In this document: positions 12,520 through 25,392 of the stretch, in pieces | How the letters are laid out: every line of letters starts with the position of its first letter | Numbering within the stretch: the stretch's first letter is position 1 | DNA from: Octopus sinensis | Lineage: Eukaryota | Length of the DNA: 64,000 nucleotides | Assembly (NCBI RefSeq): GCF_006345805.1 | Contig: NC_043001.1 | Coordinates: 84,072,001 to 84,136,000 of the forward strand | Direction: 5' to 3' | Made by a program: the position numbers and the translations under genes | The notes under the pieces: generated by a model | What the model was told of the DNA's origin: nothing | The model's input: only the letters and a program-made list of their open reading frames with translations | The model's database searches: none

Positions 12520-13128
12520 ATAAGAAACTAGTTAAAAATAATGGTCATTACATATTATTCCTTTATTGGATCACATTTGGCTTTTTCCAGTTGTCATTAT
12601 AGGTACATTACTGATAGGTTTACTCAATCAGTCCTTCAATTTTCCTCACCTGATCAATAGACCAAGTGAGTAACCCTATCAGTAACATACCTACAATGCC
12701 TACAGGACACAGTTGTAAGCCAAATTTCCTTCAAGAAAGGAATTATATGTAACTAGCTTACCACGTACTGTCAATAATGACGGCTAATTGTAGTATCTCT
12801 TATTATAATTTTATATATAAATAAAGAACAAAATAAGGTGCATAATAACCACACATACAAACATTCACATATTTCCCTTGTATATGCACACACATACACA
12901 CATATGCTCACACAGAGTTGAAACGCTGATTTTTTTCACCTCTTCCTTTCTCTCATTACTATTACTTTTCTAACTCACTCTCAGTCAGGGCTTTTACTCT
13001 CACTACTTCTCCTTCACTGAATTACTATTTTCTCTCCTCCTCCGGACAATTATATATACAAATATATAAAAACACTACGGTCAATATTGTATTAGGAAAT
13101 GACCGTTATTTTAAACTTGTTTCTTAAA
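12520..13128. repeat. Old element with imperfect inverted ends and internal long hairpin (about 12596-12698); related sequence at 4150-4430
   Basis: aagaaactagttaaaaataatggtcatt vs aatgaccgttattttaaacttgtttctt; ataggtacattactgataggtttactca vs tgagtaaccctatcagtaacatacctac. Confidence 0.5.
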
Positions 13129-13477
13129 TATCACTCTGTGTAAAGTTTGTCTGGAGTCTATCCACAGATTTTCAATATAGAATTGTGATGAACCATAACC
13201 TTGGACTCTACAAACAGATTCTTTGGACTTCTTCACTAATCTACACGATATTGTTAGCCTGGGGTGCCAACACAGAGCTTATGAAATATTTTTCCCGGAT
13301 TGATAATCCCTCACTATTTGCTCTCTATTCCCCCTCTCTCTCCCCCTCTCTTTCTATATATATATACACACACAGTGGTAGTAGTGTTGGTTGTAGTAGT
13401 TGTAGTGGTAGTAACAATAGCAGTGGCAAGGGTGGTAGTAAGGTAGTAATAATAGTAGTGGTGGTGGTAATCGTAGC

Positions 13478-13526
<49 letters not shown>

Positions 13527-13632
13527 AAAGAATTGTGGTAGTTGTAACAGTAGTGTTTGTAGTAGTTGGGTGATGATGGTGGTAGTAGTAGCAGTAATGG
13601 TAGTAATAGTAGTAGTGGTGGTGGTGGTGGTG

Positions 13633-13690
<58 letters not shown>

Positions 13691-14099
13691 CAGCAGCAGC
13701 AGCAGCAGTGGCCTTTGTTGTTCTCCGTAGCCTTTGATCCTCAGAACAGCTGTACTCTTATGAAACAGTAATGTCTCTTCCGTCGTTATTGTTCAGTCTC
13801 AGGTTAGCCATTAATGGTAAAAGCATTCCAGCCATGTATCTTAGGTCTATTTAGTCAATCTCATATTACATTGTCCGTTGTAATTCGAGATTACATTGTT
13901 CAGTATGTCCTTCCTTCATTCAGACAATAGGATATGATTACTGAGTTAATTTTCCTATTGTTTCTAGCAGATCGAGTGACCACATCTAGGTTTCCTCGTT
14001 ATTGTTAGATTATGTCTTCTTTTCAGAAGTCTCTACACAGTCGCTGCACTTTTTAGAAACAGTAGCCAATTCTCCCTCAAATCACACCCGGATATGTTT

Positions 14100-14527
14100 T
14101 CTACTCTAGGCACAAAGCCCGAAATTTTGGGGGAGGGCGCCAGTCGATTAGATCGACCCAGTACGCAATTGGTACTAAATTTATCGACCCCTGAAAAGAT
14201 GAAAGACAAAGTCGTCCTCGGTAGAATTTGAACTCAGAACGTAAAGGCAGACGAAATACCGCTAAGCCTTTCGCCTGCGCGTGCTAACGTTTCTTATTTC
14301 TTTATTGCCCACAAGGGTCTAAACATAGAGGGGACAAACGAGGACAGACAAACGGATTAAGTCGATTATATCGACCTCAGTGCGTAACTGGTACTTATTT
14401 AATCGACCCCGAAAGGATGAAAGGCAAAGTCGACCCCGGCGGAATTTGGACTCAGAACGTAGCGGCAGAGGAAATAGCGCTGAGCATTTCGTCCGGCGTG
14501 CTAACGTTTCTGCCAGCTCGCCGCCTT
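14100..14527 (-). mobile_element. Tandem SINE-A dimer (long-tail copy joined to short-tail copy)
   Basis: Two family-A cores; junction gtgctaacgtttc/ttatttcttt at about 14294. Confidence 0.85.
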
Positions 14528-14533
14528 GACATT

Positions 14534-14670
14534 CGGTTACCTTAAAGAAGGGAGACGTTGCCGGGAGCTCCGGGAAGAGTTCTCTCTTTTTCGTAAAGGA
14601 CCGTGTCCGAGGAATCGGCTCGTCCGGAGACACGGTTATGGTGCCTGTAGAGCGCCGCGTCTCGGGCGGC
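14534..14670 (+). pseudogene. Isolated 28S (LSU) rRNA fragment
   Basis: ggagacgttgccgggagctccgggaagagttctct..ggaatcggctcgtccggaga..gtagagcgccgcg resembles the conserved LSU segment GGGAGCCCCGGGAAGAGTTCTCTTTTC (from recall); GC-rich island followed by aataaaaaaaaa. Confidence 0.65.
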
Positions 14671-14686
14671 AGTGAATAAAAAAAAA

Positions 14687-15118
14687 GGCGTAGGAGTGAC
14701 TGTGCTTGCCAACTACATGGGTCCGGGTTCAGTCCCACTGCGTGACAACTTGGGCAAATGTCTTTTACTATAGCCTCAGGCCGACCAAAGCCTTGTGGGT
14801 GGATTTGGTAGACGGAAACTGAAAGAAGACCGTCGTATATATGTATATGTATATATATATGTGTGTGTGTGTGTATATATATATGTGTGAGTGTGTGTGT
14901 GTGTTTATGTGTCTGTGTTCCCTCCCCCAAACATCGCTTGACAACCGATGCTGGTGTGTTTACGTCCCCGTAACTTAGCGGTTCGGCAAAAGAGACCGAT
15001 AGAATAAGTACTAGGCTTACAAAGATTAAGTCCTGGGGGCCGATTTGCTCGACTAAAGGCGGGGCTCCAGCATGGCTGCAGTCAAATGGCTGAAACGTGT
15101 AAAAGAGAGAGTAAAGAG
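14687..15118 (+). mobile_element. SINE-B, near full length
   Basis: Head, central (TA/TG)n, tail gactgaaac..gtaaaagag. Confidence 0.9.
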
Positions 15119-15450
15119 TATTTTACGGACTAACATCATGTTTATTTTACCAAGGGTTACGTTATGGTGCGGCTTATCACCAAAATAATTAAGTGAACCG
15201 TTCCTTTTTCTGACGGTACTGCAGCAAGTTTTATTTACTTGAACTTACTGCTGAAAACTGTCATACCAAGCAGTCGAGAGGACCCCAAATTTGTGGGGTT
15301 TTATCTTCAGTGTGATGGAGTACCCTCACACTATCTTAGTAATGTAAGGGCTTATCTTGATGAGATTTTGCCGAACGGATGAATTGGACGAAAACTTTTA
15401 GTTGAATACCCTTCGCTTTCACCGAACTTAACATCACTATACTTTTTGTA

Positions 15451-15836
15451 TCTCTCTCTATATAAACGGCAGTTTGTCTGTGCGTGTTTCTGTGTGTCTG
15501 TTTGCTTGTACCCTCACCCTGACCACGGCTTTCAACCGATTCTGATGAAACTTGACACACACATAGCCCAATGTCATAATTCAAAACTAACGCAGCGAAA
15601 ATTTTGAAAAGTCCCCCCAGTTCTGAAAAAAATCGATAAATTCGACATGGGGTCGAGAATCAGAAACACGAACCACAAACTGTCTAGGGGACGCAACTCC
15701 ACCTTTTTTAAATCTTAAAAAAAAATTTACCATAATTTTTTTTCCATTTTTTTGCTATCTTTTGGCTATAACTCTCTAAAAATGCTTTATAGTTATTTCC
15801 CTTACAAACCCGAGCAACGCCGGGCGATACTGCTAG
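15451..15836 (+). mobile_element. Non-autonomous Helitron
   Basis: 5' TC after A, subterminal hairpin cccgagcaacgccggg (15809-15824), 3' CTAG followed by T, no TSD. Confidence 0.75.
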
Positions 15837-16064
15837 TATGATATAAAACTACTTACAGTCAATGACCTGAAGGCGAGAATGCACACAATTGCCAAATAAA
15901 ATATTTCGTCATGTTTGTTGTTCCCTTGTTTCACATTATCAGCAGTTTCATGAAAAAAAACAAAACAAAAACAAATAAACAAATAAATTGAGTTCTTTTT
16001 GCAGGGTCAATTAAATTTTGAAAATGTAATATATAAACAGCAACATCGTGTACATGCATTTGCA

Positions 16065-16231
16065 TAGGAGTGGCTGTGTGGTAACTAGCTTGCTTACGAA
16101 CCACATGGTTCCGGGTTCAGTCCCCCTGCGTGGCACCATGGGCAACTGTCTTCTACTATAGCCTCAGGCCGACCAAAGCCTTGTGAGTGGATTTGGTCGA
16201 CGGAAACTGAAAGAAGCCCGTCGTATATGTG

Positions 16232-16266
<35 letters not shown>

Positions 16267-16488
16267 ATATATGTTTGTGTGTTTGTGTCTGTTTCCCCAA
16301 CATCGCTTGACAACCAATGCTGGTGTGTTTACGTCCCTGTAACTTAGCGGTTCGGCAAAAAGACACCGATAGAATAAGTACTAGGCTTACAAAGATTAAG
16401 TCCTGGGGGGTCGATTTGCTCGACTAAAGGCGGGGCTCCAGCATGGCCACAGTGAAATGACTGAAACAAATAAAAGAGTAAAAGAGTA
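16065..16488 (+). mobile_element. SINE-B, full length
   Basis: Family-B head, body and (gtaaaaga) tail. Confidence 0.9.
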
Positions 16489-16545
16489 TATGTATATGCA
16501 CGTATACATATACATACATACAAACATGCACGTATATATATATAT

Positions 16546-16854
16546 ATCACGTGATCACGTGACCGACCAGACCATCAGATGTTGTTACACATCGCTGGTC
16601 ACAATGCGTTCGCATTGTTTTAGCCTTCGAATGACGCCACCCCTACGGCTGCTAAGCGAGCAGGCCAACAGAAGAAAGAGTGGGAGAAAGAGTGGTGAAA
16701 GAATACAGCAGGATCACCACCCCCTGCCGGAGCCTCGTGGAGCTTTTAGGTGTTTTCGCTCAATAAACCTCACAACGCCCGGTCTGGGAATCGAAACCGC
16801 GATCCCTGCGACCGCGAATCCTCTGCCCTAACCACTGGGCCATTGCGCCTCCAC
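16546..16854 (-). mobile_element. SINE-C with RTE-LINE-like 3' tail (tail type 2)
   Basis: Same head as 2620-2931; last about 60 nt align with the LINE end at 11935-12000. Confidence 0.85.
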
Positions 16855-17408
16855 ATATATATATTATATATATATATACAATATACATCCGCAACACACA
16901 TATACGCCCCCCACGTGCTGCTGCTGTTTAGCCTGTTTCACTTGGGTCAGTTGTGCTGCAGTGAAGCTGCTTATGCTTTTCCTCAATGGATCAGCTCACA
17001 TAATTACTAGATCTATTCAAACTAATTTTCTCCTCACCACACAGAACCTTTCATTAACCGATAATTCAGATGATTCATCTATGTTTTTCTTTTCCTTTTT
17101 GCTAATGATTTATATATATATATATATATATCAAATATTTTTTTATTTGTTCTACTTTCTCGCCCTCCGACTTTGATGGAGCATATTTTAGTTTTGTTTT
17201 CTGACGTAATGTGTCCCACCAGACAGATTACGTCAGTCTATTTATGGAATACAGACACAAACGCACACACATACACATTCATATACATATATATATATAC
17301 ATGAACATACATGCACGCATACATACACCCAAACACACACACACACACGCCACATATGTATGTATTCGTGCATACACATACATATATCATCTTTATTTGC
17401 ATACGTCC

Positions 17409-17441
<33 letters not shown>

Positions 17442-17999
17442 TGTATGTATGTATGTATGTATGTATGCATGTGTGTGTGCGTGTGTAAATATGGGCATAT
17501 AACTTTTGCTGAGTTTATATACATTTGAATAGACATACATATATACATGTATACATATATGTGTAAGCATTGGTCTTTTATGCCACCTCACTCTTCGTTC
17601 GTATATCGTATGTATTACACATGTGTATGTGTATATATATATATATATATTATATATATATATAAATATAATATATATATTATATATATATACATACATC
17701 CATACATACATACATACTACATATACATCATACATACATACATATATACATACATGCATACAGAAGCGGGAAGTGTGCATGTGAAATAGCTGATAACTTC
17801 CTTAAGCTTCCTAATTAGCAGCGGAGGTTGTTCACCGATAGCATTGCTGGCGAAGTAAGAAGAATGTAGGAGAATTCAGATGGCTATGGACGTAATAATA
17901 CAAAGTTAACGGGAAACAGCTAGAACAGCATGGGTTTATATCTCGATGGAAACTGACGATGCAAACTTTGCTTAGCTCCTTTTGGTACTTAGAAGTATA

Positions 18000-18238
18000 C
18001 TCTCTTTACTCTTTTACTTGTTTCAGTCATTTGACTGCGGCCATGCTGGAGCACCGCCTTTAGTCGAGCAAATCGACCCCCGGGACTTATTCTTTCGTAA
18101 GCCCAGTACTTATTCTATCGGTCTCTTTTGCCGAACCGCTAAGTGACGGGGACGTAAACACACCAGCATCGGTTGTCAAGCAATGCTAGGGGGACAAACA
18201 CACACACACAAACACACACACATACACACACACACATA

Positions 18239-18277
<39 letters not shown>

Positions 18278-18440
18278 TACGACAGGCTTCTTTCAGTTTC
18301 TGTCTACCAAATCCACTCACAAGGCATTGGTCGGCCCGGGGCTATAGCAGAAGACACTTGCCCAAGATGCCACGCAGTGGGACTGAACCCGGAACCATGT
18401 GGTTGGTTAGCAAGCTACTTACCACACAGCCACTCCTGTA
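18000..18440 (-). mobile_element. SINE-B, full length
   Basis: Reverse complement of family-B consensus. Confidence 0.9.
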
Positions 18441-18870
18441 TAGATAAAATATTAAAAAGAAAACTGAACGTAAAGCAATCAAAAGCATGACAAAGGGGGA
18501 AATATAACTGAGAAACTATAAGGAATAAATTCTTAATCCTCTTTTTCTGTGTCATTGTCCTTTTTTAAAGACCTTCAACGTCACCATGTATTGTAAGTCA
18601 TTGACTTTCTCTATTTCTAAGAGGCCAAAACAAATAACTCACCGCAAATAATACATGTATTGAATTAAGCTCATTACTACATTTTAAACACAGGCAATAC
18701 CGGTAACTCTGTAGAATAACAAACTATGTAAGCTCTGATATTTAAAAGCAAGTTAAGTATGTCGTCTGATGATTGTCTAACACATGCTGCATATGAAACT
18801 GTGTTGTATTAACGGATTATATATATATCATTTGACATGCACACAGATACACTTACATATATAGAAGCAC

Positions 18871-18918
<48 letters not shown>

Positions 18919-19307
18919 TCACTCACTCTCTCTCTCATGCATATATCATCAAAAGTTTATTCAACTTTTGAAAACTATTGAACATTACTTGGTATTAATT
19001 CCTGTTGCTGAAAATTATTTTTTTCATATTTCTGCATGTGAATGTGTTTGTGTGTGTGATTGTGCGCGCGTGTGTTTATATGCTAATGTATAAAAAAAGG
19101 TGTGTGCGTGTACGTATCCTTGCATATATGTGTATGCGTGTGTCTGTGCGTATATGCTTGTATGTGTGTGTGTGAGAGAGAGAGAGTGTGTGCTTGTGTG
19201 AGTATTATACTAAAAGATTATTGTGTAATCCTTCAATTTAATATCAAATTCTTTTGTATATAACTTGACACAGAGCAAAACTTTGTGTACGTGTGTGTGT
19301 GTATATG

Positions 19308-19356
<49 letters not shown>

Positions 19357-19404
19357 TACATACATGCATGCATACATATATACATATATACATATATATA
19401 TATA

Positions 19405-19436
<32 letters not shown>

Positions 19437-19566
19437 TGTGTGTGGTTGCGCGCATAAATAGATGGGTGTATTTTCCCCTTGTTAACAATCAATATTAATA
19501 GTGTTCAGTTAATCACTATACATATCCATCATTTTAAAATGTTTTATTAACGAGTTTCATTTCTTC

Positions 19567-19652
19567 ACTTCCCTGAAGAGATTACATTGTTTTACACCAA
19601 TTTATTCCTTTGGAATAATATCAGTGATATCTTCGAAACATGTGTCGGAAGT
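19567..19652 (+). ncRNA. Type I hammerhead-like motif
   Basis: Stem I ACTTCC/GGAAGT; CTGAAGA 19573-19579; G10.1-C11.1 with irregular stem II; GAAA 19635-19638; stem III ACA/TGT; GUC triplet 19644-19646. Confidence 0.7.
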
Positions 19653-19759
19653 AAAAGTATTTGAATTACACCTGCGTTAAACTCCATTTATTTATTTATA
19701 TGTGTGTATGTATGTATATCAGTTGCACAAAGTTGCAACATTGTCTGGTTTTCACGTTT

Positions 19760-20860
19760 TTTTTATTTTTGTACTTAAAAAGCAATTTACAATGTTGAAA
19801 TGTATTAAACATTAAAAAAAATATTTTGTAATGTTCATAAAGTTCAATTAGCGCTTTCATACGTTCGTAGTAATCATCAGATTTCAAAATGTATTGACTG
19901 ACAGTTGAGTCGAGTGACTGACAACTGTAGTAAAATGACCGACTTCTTCCTTTTTATACCTTTTAGAACACTAAAGTTCGCCAAATTCCACTGAGCGAAT
20001 ATATAGAAACATGTAGTCAGAAAAAGTTTCTAATTTTTCCTTCCAACAAACTACATGACACAAGTCATGATGGAAGAAAGATAAAAGAAAAATGTTTCAT
20101 TAAAATATTCAAACCTGTTCTGAACGGAAATAACAACAATAATATAACAACCAGTTAATGATGTAAATTTTAAAATATCTTTAACTTATGAATATAAATA
20201 AATTACAAAAGACTCTCACCGATTGAAATAAAAACGATCGAAGCCACCCAAGTTTTCTCACTCATAAAACCATTACATGTAAACTGCAAGCTAATTGGTT
20301 AAAATAAAGGCGGAATCTAGGTCAATAATATCTATTTCTTTACTACCCACAAGGGGCTAAACACAGACAGGACAAACGGATTAAGTCGATTATATCGACC
20401 CCAGTGCGTAACTGGTACTTATTTAATCGACCCCGAAGGATGAAAGGCAAAGTCGACCACGGCGGAATTTGGACTCAGAACATAAAGACAGACGAAATAC
20501 CGCAAAGCATTTCGCCCGGCGTGCTAACGTTTCTGCCAGCTCGCCGCCTCTATGTCAATAATATCGGTGCGTCCGGCAAGCCGTGACGTTTAAGCTGCAT
20601 GCTGATTCGTCAAAACCGTATTCGAAAAATTCAGCTTGTCGGAGCCTTCTGAAAGGTATAAAACGAAAGAAGTCAGTCATTTTACTACAGTTGTCAAGCA
20701 CTCAACACAACTGTCAGTCAATACATTTTGAAATCTGATGATTACTACGAACGTATGAAAGCGCTAATTGAACTTTATAAACATTACAAAATATCTTTTT
20801 AATGTTTAACACACTTCAAAATTGTAAACATTTTAAAAATACAATAATTAAAAACGTATA
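19760..20860. mobile_element. Fold-back element: about 200-bp inverted arms (19760-19965 / 20650-20860), each with a minimal hammerhead-like motif (19846-19883 -, 20732-20769 +)
   Basis: Arms are reverse complements; AAT-CTGATGA-ttactacgaacgtat-GAAA-gcgc-TA-ATT in both. Confidence 0.7.
20333..20548 (-). mobile_element. SINE-A (long tail) with TSD
   Basis: tctaggtcaataatatc (20316-20332) vs tctatgtcaataatatc (20549-20565). Confidence 0.9.
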
Positions 20861-20867
20861 TATATAT

Positions 20868-21270
20868 AGGCGCAGCGTGGCTGTGTGGTAAGAAGTTTAC
20901 TTCACGATCACATGGTTCCGGATTCAGTTCCATTGTGTGGCATCTTAGGTAAGTGTTTCTACTATAGCCTCGGGCCGACCAAAGCGTTGTGAGTAGATTT
21001 AGTTGACGGAAACTGAACGAAGCCTGTCGTATATACACACACACACACATGCATATATATATGTATATATTTGTGTGTGCGTCTGTACTTGTCGCCCACT
21101 GTCACTTGACAACCGGCGTTGGTGTGTTTACGTCCACATAACTTAACAGTTCGGTAAAATAGACCGATAGAATAAGTACCAGGCTTACAAAGAATAAGTC
21201 CTGGAGTTGACTTGTTCGATTAAGGCGGTGCTCCAAATGACTGAAACACGTAAAAGAATAAAGCAATAAA
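20868..21270 (+). mobile_element. SINE-B, diverged
   Basis: Family-B head and tail. Confidence 0.85.
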
Positions 21271-22121
21271 AGAATACACACATATACACACTCACGCACA
21301 CACACACACACACACATATATATGCACACTTGTGTGTATGTATGTGTATGTGTGTTGTGTGTGTGTATAGTTAGCTTGTAGCAGTAACAGTACAGGCGAC
21401 ATAGTTGCTAATTTTTGTTACATAGGAGACCTAATTATCACTGGAGGTCAATCAGTGTTCGATATCTTCAAGTAGGTAATCTGTCTGGTGAATCAGATTA
21501 TGTCAGAAAATAAAACAAAAAGGAAAAAAAAACAACAAAAAACAAAACCAAACGAAACAAATATCCCATTGACGCAAGTAAGGAAGGACACACTGGATTA
21601 TATTGAGCAATAAGCATTATACTGGAAAGAAGAAACATCTGAAAAGCTAATATTAGAATGTGTATGCACAACGGTTCATTGTACAGAAAGAGCTTCTCAG
21701 ATAGTGCTTCTATGATCGACGTAATGGAAGTAGAGAGGCGTAAGGGAAGCAGAGCGTCGTAATGGAAATAGAGCAAAGGTTTTTTTTTTTAAAATCATCT
21801 TCTGATGTGTAAACAAAAGCAAAATATCTGGATATTGGACGAAGTACTCCTCGATATACAAAAATGAAGAATGCTCAAAGCTGTCAAGGTTGGAACGCCT
21901 CTGATCATTGACCAGCTCAATTAGGGATGTTCTGTGACCAAACAATAACAAGGAGAGAATATATGCATAAATGACTTGGTAATTGTTTTTATGATTTATT
22001 GGAAAAATCTATCAAAAGGTATAAAGAACGAATAGAATCGTTATTGCTTGGATTGTTGCTGTTTTGCGTGCACACCATATATTGTAGCAGTTTTTTTGTT
22101 TGTATTTAGAAGAAATGAATT

Positions 22122-22167
22122 TTCTGACTGATGAGAGAATTCATGTCAAAACACCGGTGTCTTAGAA
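22122..22167 (+). ncRNA. Hammerhead-like motif with G12A substitution
   Basis: Stem I TTCTGA/TTAGAA; CTGATGA 22128-22134; stem II GAGA/TGTC; AAAA in place of GAAA; palindromic ACACCGGTGT; GUC triplet. Confidence 0.6.
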
Positions 22168-22607
22168 TCCTCTGTGTCAATGAGTCGAGTGTGTTGAACA
22201 CTACCGTCATAAAAGAGTAAGGATTTTCGCCTTCCACGTACACTGCAGAGACCTGAATATTTTGCGTCCGAACCATCCTAAACGTGTTAAAAACGTATAG
22301 GTAAATATTCATTCCTGGTCTTGCTGCACACAGTACAAACAACGATTTTATATCGGTTGGCAGACATAAGCACCGATCAGAAAACATTTTGTTCGTTGAA
22401 TGTGTAAACAAAAATCCAGATGCTTGGCTTGACTCCAAGGTCCGGGATACTCCTGGCTGATGAAATACAGCATGCCGGAACATCGCTGTCCCAGTAATCT
22501 CTGCAGCAAGACTCAATTGTGTTGAATACCCTGTTGTCATAAAAAAAAGAGAAACAAGCTGATGCTCTAACAACACTGACAATTGACTGTCCATGTATGT
22601 GTGTGGG

Positions 22608-22639
<32 letters not shown>

Positions 22640-22744
22640 TGTATGTATGTATGTATGTATGTGTTGTGTATATATAGAGGTGTGGTGCTGGAGTGTGGGT
22701 GATTTCATCAAACATCAATACATGACTGGTAATTATTCTTTTCT

Positions 22745-23602
22745 AATCTAGGCACAAGGTTCGAAATATTTGGGGAGGGGCCAGTCGATTAGATCGACCC
22801 TAGTATGCAACTGGTACTTAACCCTAACCCTAATTTACCGAGCCCGAAAGGATGAAAGGCAAAGTCGACCTCAGCGGAACTTGAACTCCAAAAGTAAAGA
22901 CAGATGAAACACCACTAAGCATTTCGCCCCACGTGCTAACGTCTCTTATTTCTTTACCGCCCACAAGGGGCTACACACAGGGGGTGGACAAACAAGGACA
23001 GACAAACGGATTAAATCGATTATATCGACCCCAGTGCGTAACTGGTACTTATTTAATCGAACCCGATAGGATGAAAGGCAAAGTCGACCTCGGCGGAATT
23101 TGAACTCAGAACGTAACGGCAGACGAAATACCTATTTCTTTACTACTCACAAGGAGCTAAACACAGAGAGGACAAACAAGGACAGACAAACGAATAAGTC
23201 GATTATATCGACTCCAGTGCATAACTGGTACTTATTTAATCGACCCCGAAAGGATGAAAGGCAAAGTCGACCTCGGCGGAATTTGAACTCGAGACGTAGA
23301 GGCAGACGAAATACCGCTAAGCATTTCGCCCGGCGTGCTAACGTTTCTGCCAGCTCGTCGGCTTTGATTGGTAATTATTACACTGATTAGGCGGCGACGT
23401 GGCAGAATCGTTAGCTCGAGGGGCAAAATGCTTTACGGCATTTCGTCCGTCTTTAGGTTCTGAGTTCACATTCCACCAAAGTCAACTTTTGACTTTCATT
23501 CTTTCGGGGTCGAGAAAATAAGTACCATTTGAGCACTGGGGTTAGTCAACGTAACCGACTTCCACCTTCAAAAATTTCGGGCCTGTTGCCTCTAGTAGAA
23601 AA
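22745..23602. mobile_element. Array of three tandem SINE-A (-) plus one inverted copy (23390-23602 +)
   Basis: Core aggatgaaaggcaaagtcgacctc at about 22848, 23068 and 23251. Confidence 0.9.
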
Positions 23603-24104
23603 TAATTATTATATCGATTCCGTACGGATGAAATCAAAATAGACCTTGACGAAATTTGAACGTTGAGCATAAAAAGACAATACTTAATAGAACAAGACAA
23701 TTTACCAGAACCTTAATGCTAAAAGCATATTGCTACCGCCATAAAAAACAAAAAAAAAACAAAAACAAAAAAACAAAAACAAAAGCAATAGACAAAATCA
23801 AAAGAAACAGTAAAGCAACAAATTTTTTCACAACCTGTTCCGAGTACAACATGTCTTTAAGCGACGTGATTAAAGTAGTTAGGACTTGTATTTATTGTTC
23901 AAACCAGCTATTATATACTACCAGCTGTTTAGTATGTAAATACGTAGATGTTAATTACATTTAAGAAATACTGATGTACACAATAAGACAAAAAGAAAAG
24001 AAAGATATCATTCAAAAGATTTTAGCTTGAAATCAGGAGAATAGAGTTCATATTGGTACCTGAATGTAGGGCGCATTAATTAGTGTAGAACCGATGTATG
24101 TACC

Positions 24105-24407
24105 TGTAGAACGATCGTACGAAAAGGGGAGGTGAGGAATGAATGACTCCTTTAAACACCGCACGGTCGCTTTACAATAAAAGCCAAAATAGGGATAAAT
24201 GAATTCAAGTGCCAGAAAGGAATAAGAACACGACACAGCCGTAGAATGTTTAGAGAAAGATTTATTTATATGTTAGCAAAGTGTATGTTTGTGAGAGTGA
24301 CATAACTACATAAGAACAATAATAGTAGACAGGCCGTCATGCATACAATAATGTATATGTGTGCTAGCAGAGTGTGTCTGTGTGTTCGTGAGTACGACAT
24401 AAGTACG

Positions 24408-24475
<68 letters not shown>

Positions 24476-25283
24476 GACAGGCTGTTTTGCATAATATAAT
24501 GCGTATGTGTGTACAAACAAGGGTGTATGCGTGTGAGATAAAATATAGAGCAATAGAAAGAGTCTATAACAGGACGCTAGAAGTTCAGACACAAGATGAA
24601 GGTAAATACCAGTACGTAGTAAGGTTACACAATAGTTAGTTCTGTACAAAAAGTTGAGGCTACAAATTGCAGAGCCGGTTGAACACATGTCGTGTAGCGG
24701 TTGTGGCTTCCATGCTGTGCCGGGTTACTTGGTACAGAAGGTTCTCGCAGGTTGAGCTAGCTGTTAATCATAGTGAAGTACTCACAAACTACGTGAAGTT
24801 AAACCTAAGCGTGTTGCTGTGTACGTATTGATGTTGGTGGCGTCGATTAGCTGAAGGCGACGTTAAAGTGAAGGCGACGTTAAGATGAAGGCAACGGTGG
24901 TGGAGGTCTTGAATACTGCTGGTGTTGGTGTTGTTGCTGGAACTGGCTGAGTCGCTGGAACTGGCTGAGTTGCTGGAACTGGCTGTGTGTCGTTGGATGC
25001 TCTGTGGTCAGAGGTTAGTTCTTACATGGACTAGAGCCAAAGACGAGATATGGTTTATTGTGACTAACTTTATAAAGATTAGTAGGCTCCAGAAAAGAAT
25101 TTAGAAGACTGTTTCACGGGACCTTATCAGAAGACTGCGATTGGTTGGGTCGTACATTGGCGCGAAATAAAGCAAGAGACAAACTGCACCAAAACCAACC
25201 AATCAGAGTAGTGGACACAACAGGGCCCAAGCGGACGAAGGTTAACTGTTATCTGCTATGTCCGTATTTGTGTTATGTATGTC

Positions 25284-25363
<80 letters not shown>

Positions 25364-25392
25364 AGAGAGGATTTTATTAAGGGTCCACTACA
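24105..25392 (-). mobile_element. Probable solo LTR
   Basis: TGTAG...CTACA termini; 4-bp TSD TACC (24101-24104, 25393-25396); minus-strand AATAAA at 24261-24266; CCAAT-like boxes near 25140 and 25200. Confidence 0.6.

Noticed and set aside
22106-22711. 201-aa minus-strand ORF with non-repetitive C-terminal part
   Set aside because: Starts in a microsatellite, has no recognisable domain, and lies antisense to two hammerhead relics
22745-23360. Repeated SINE-A units looking like a CRISPR-style array
   Set aside because: Units are about 200-bp SINEs without unique spacers, and there are no cas genes
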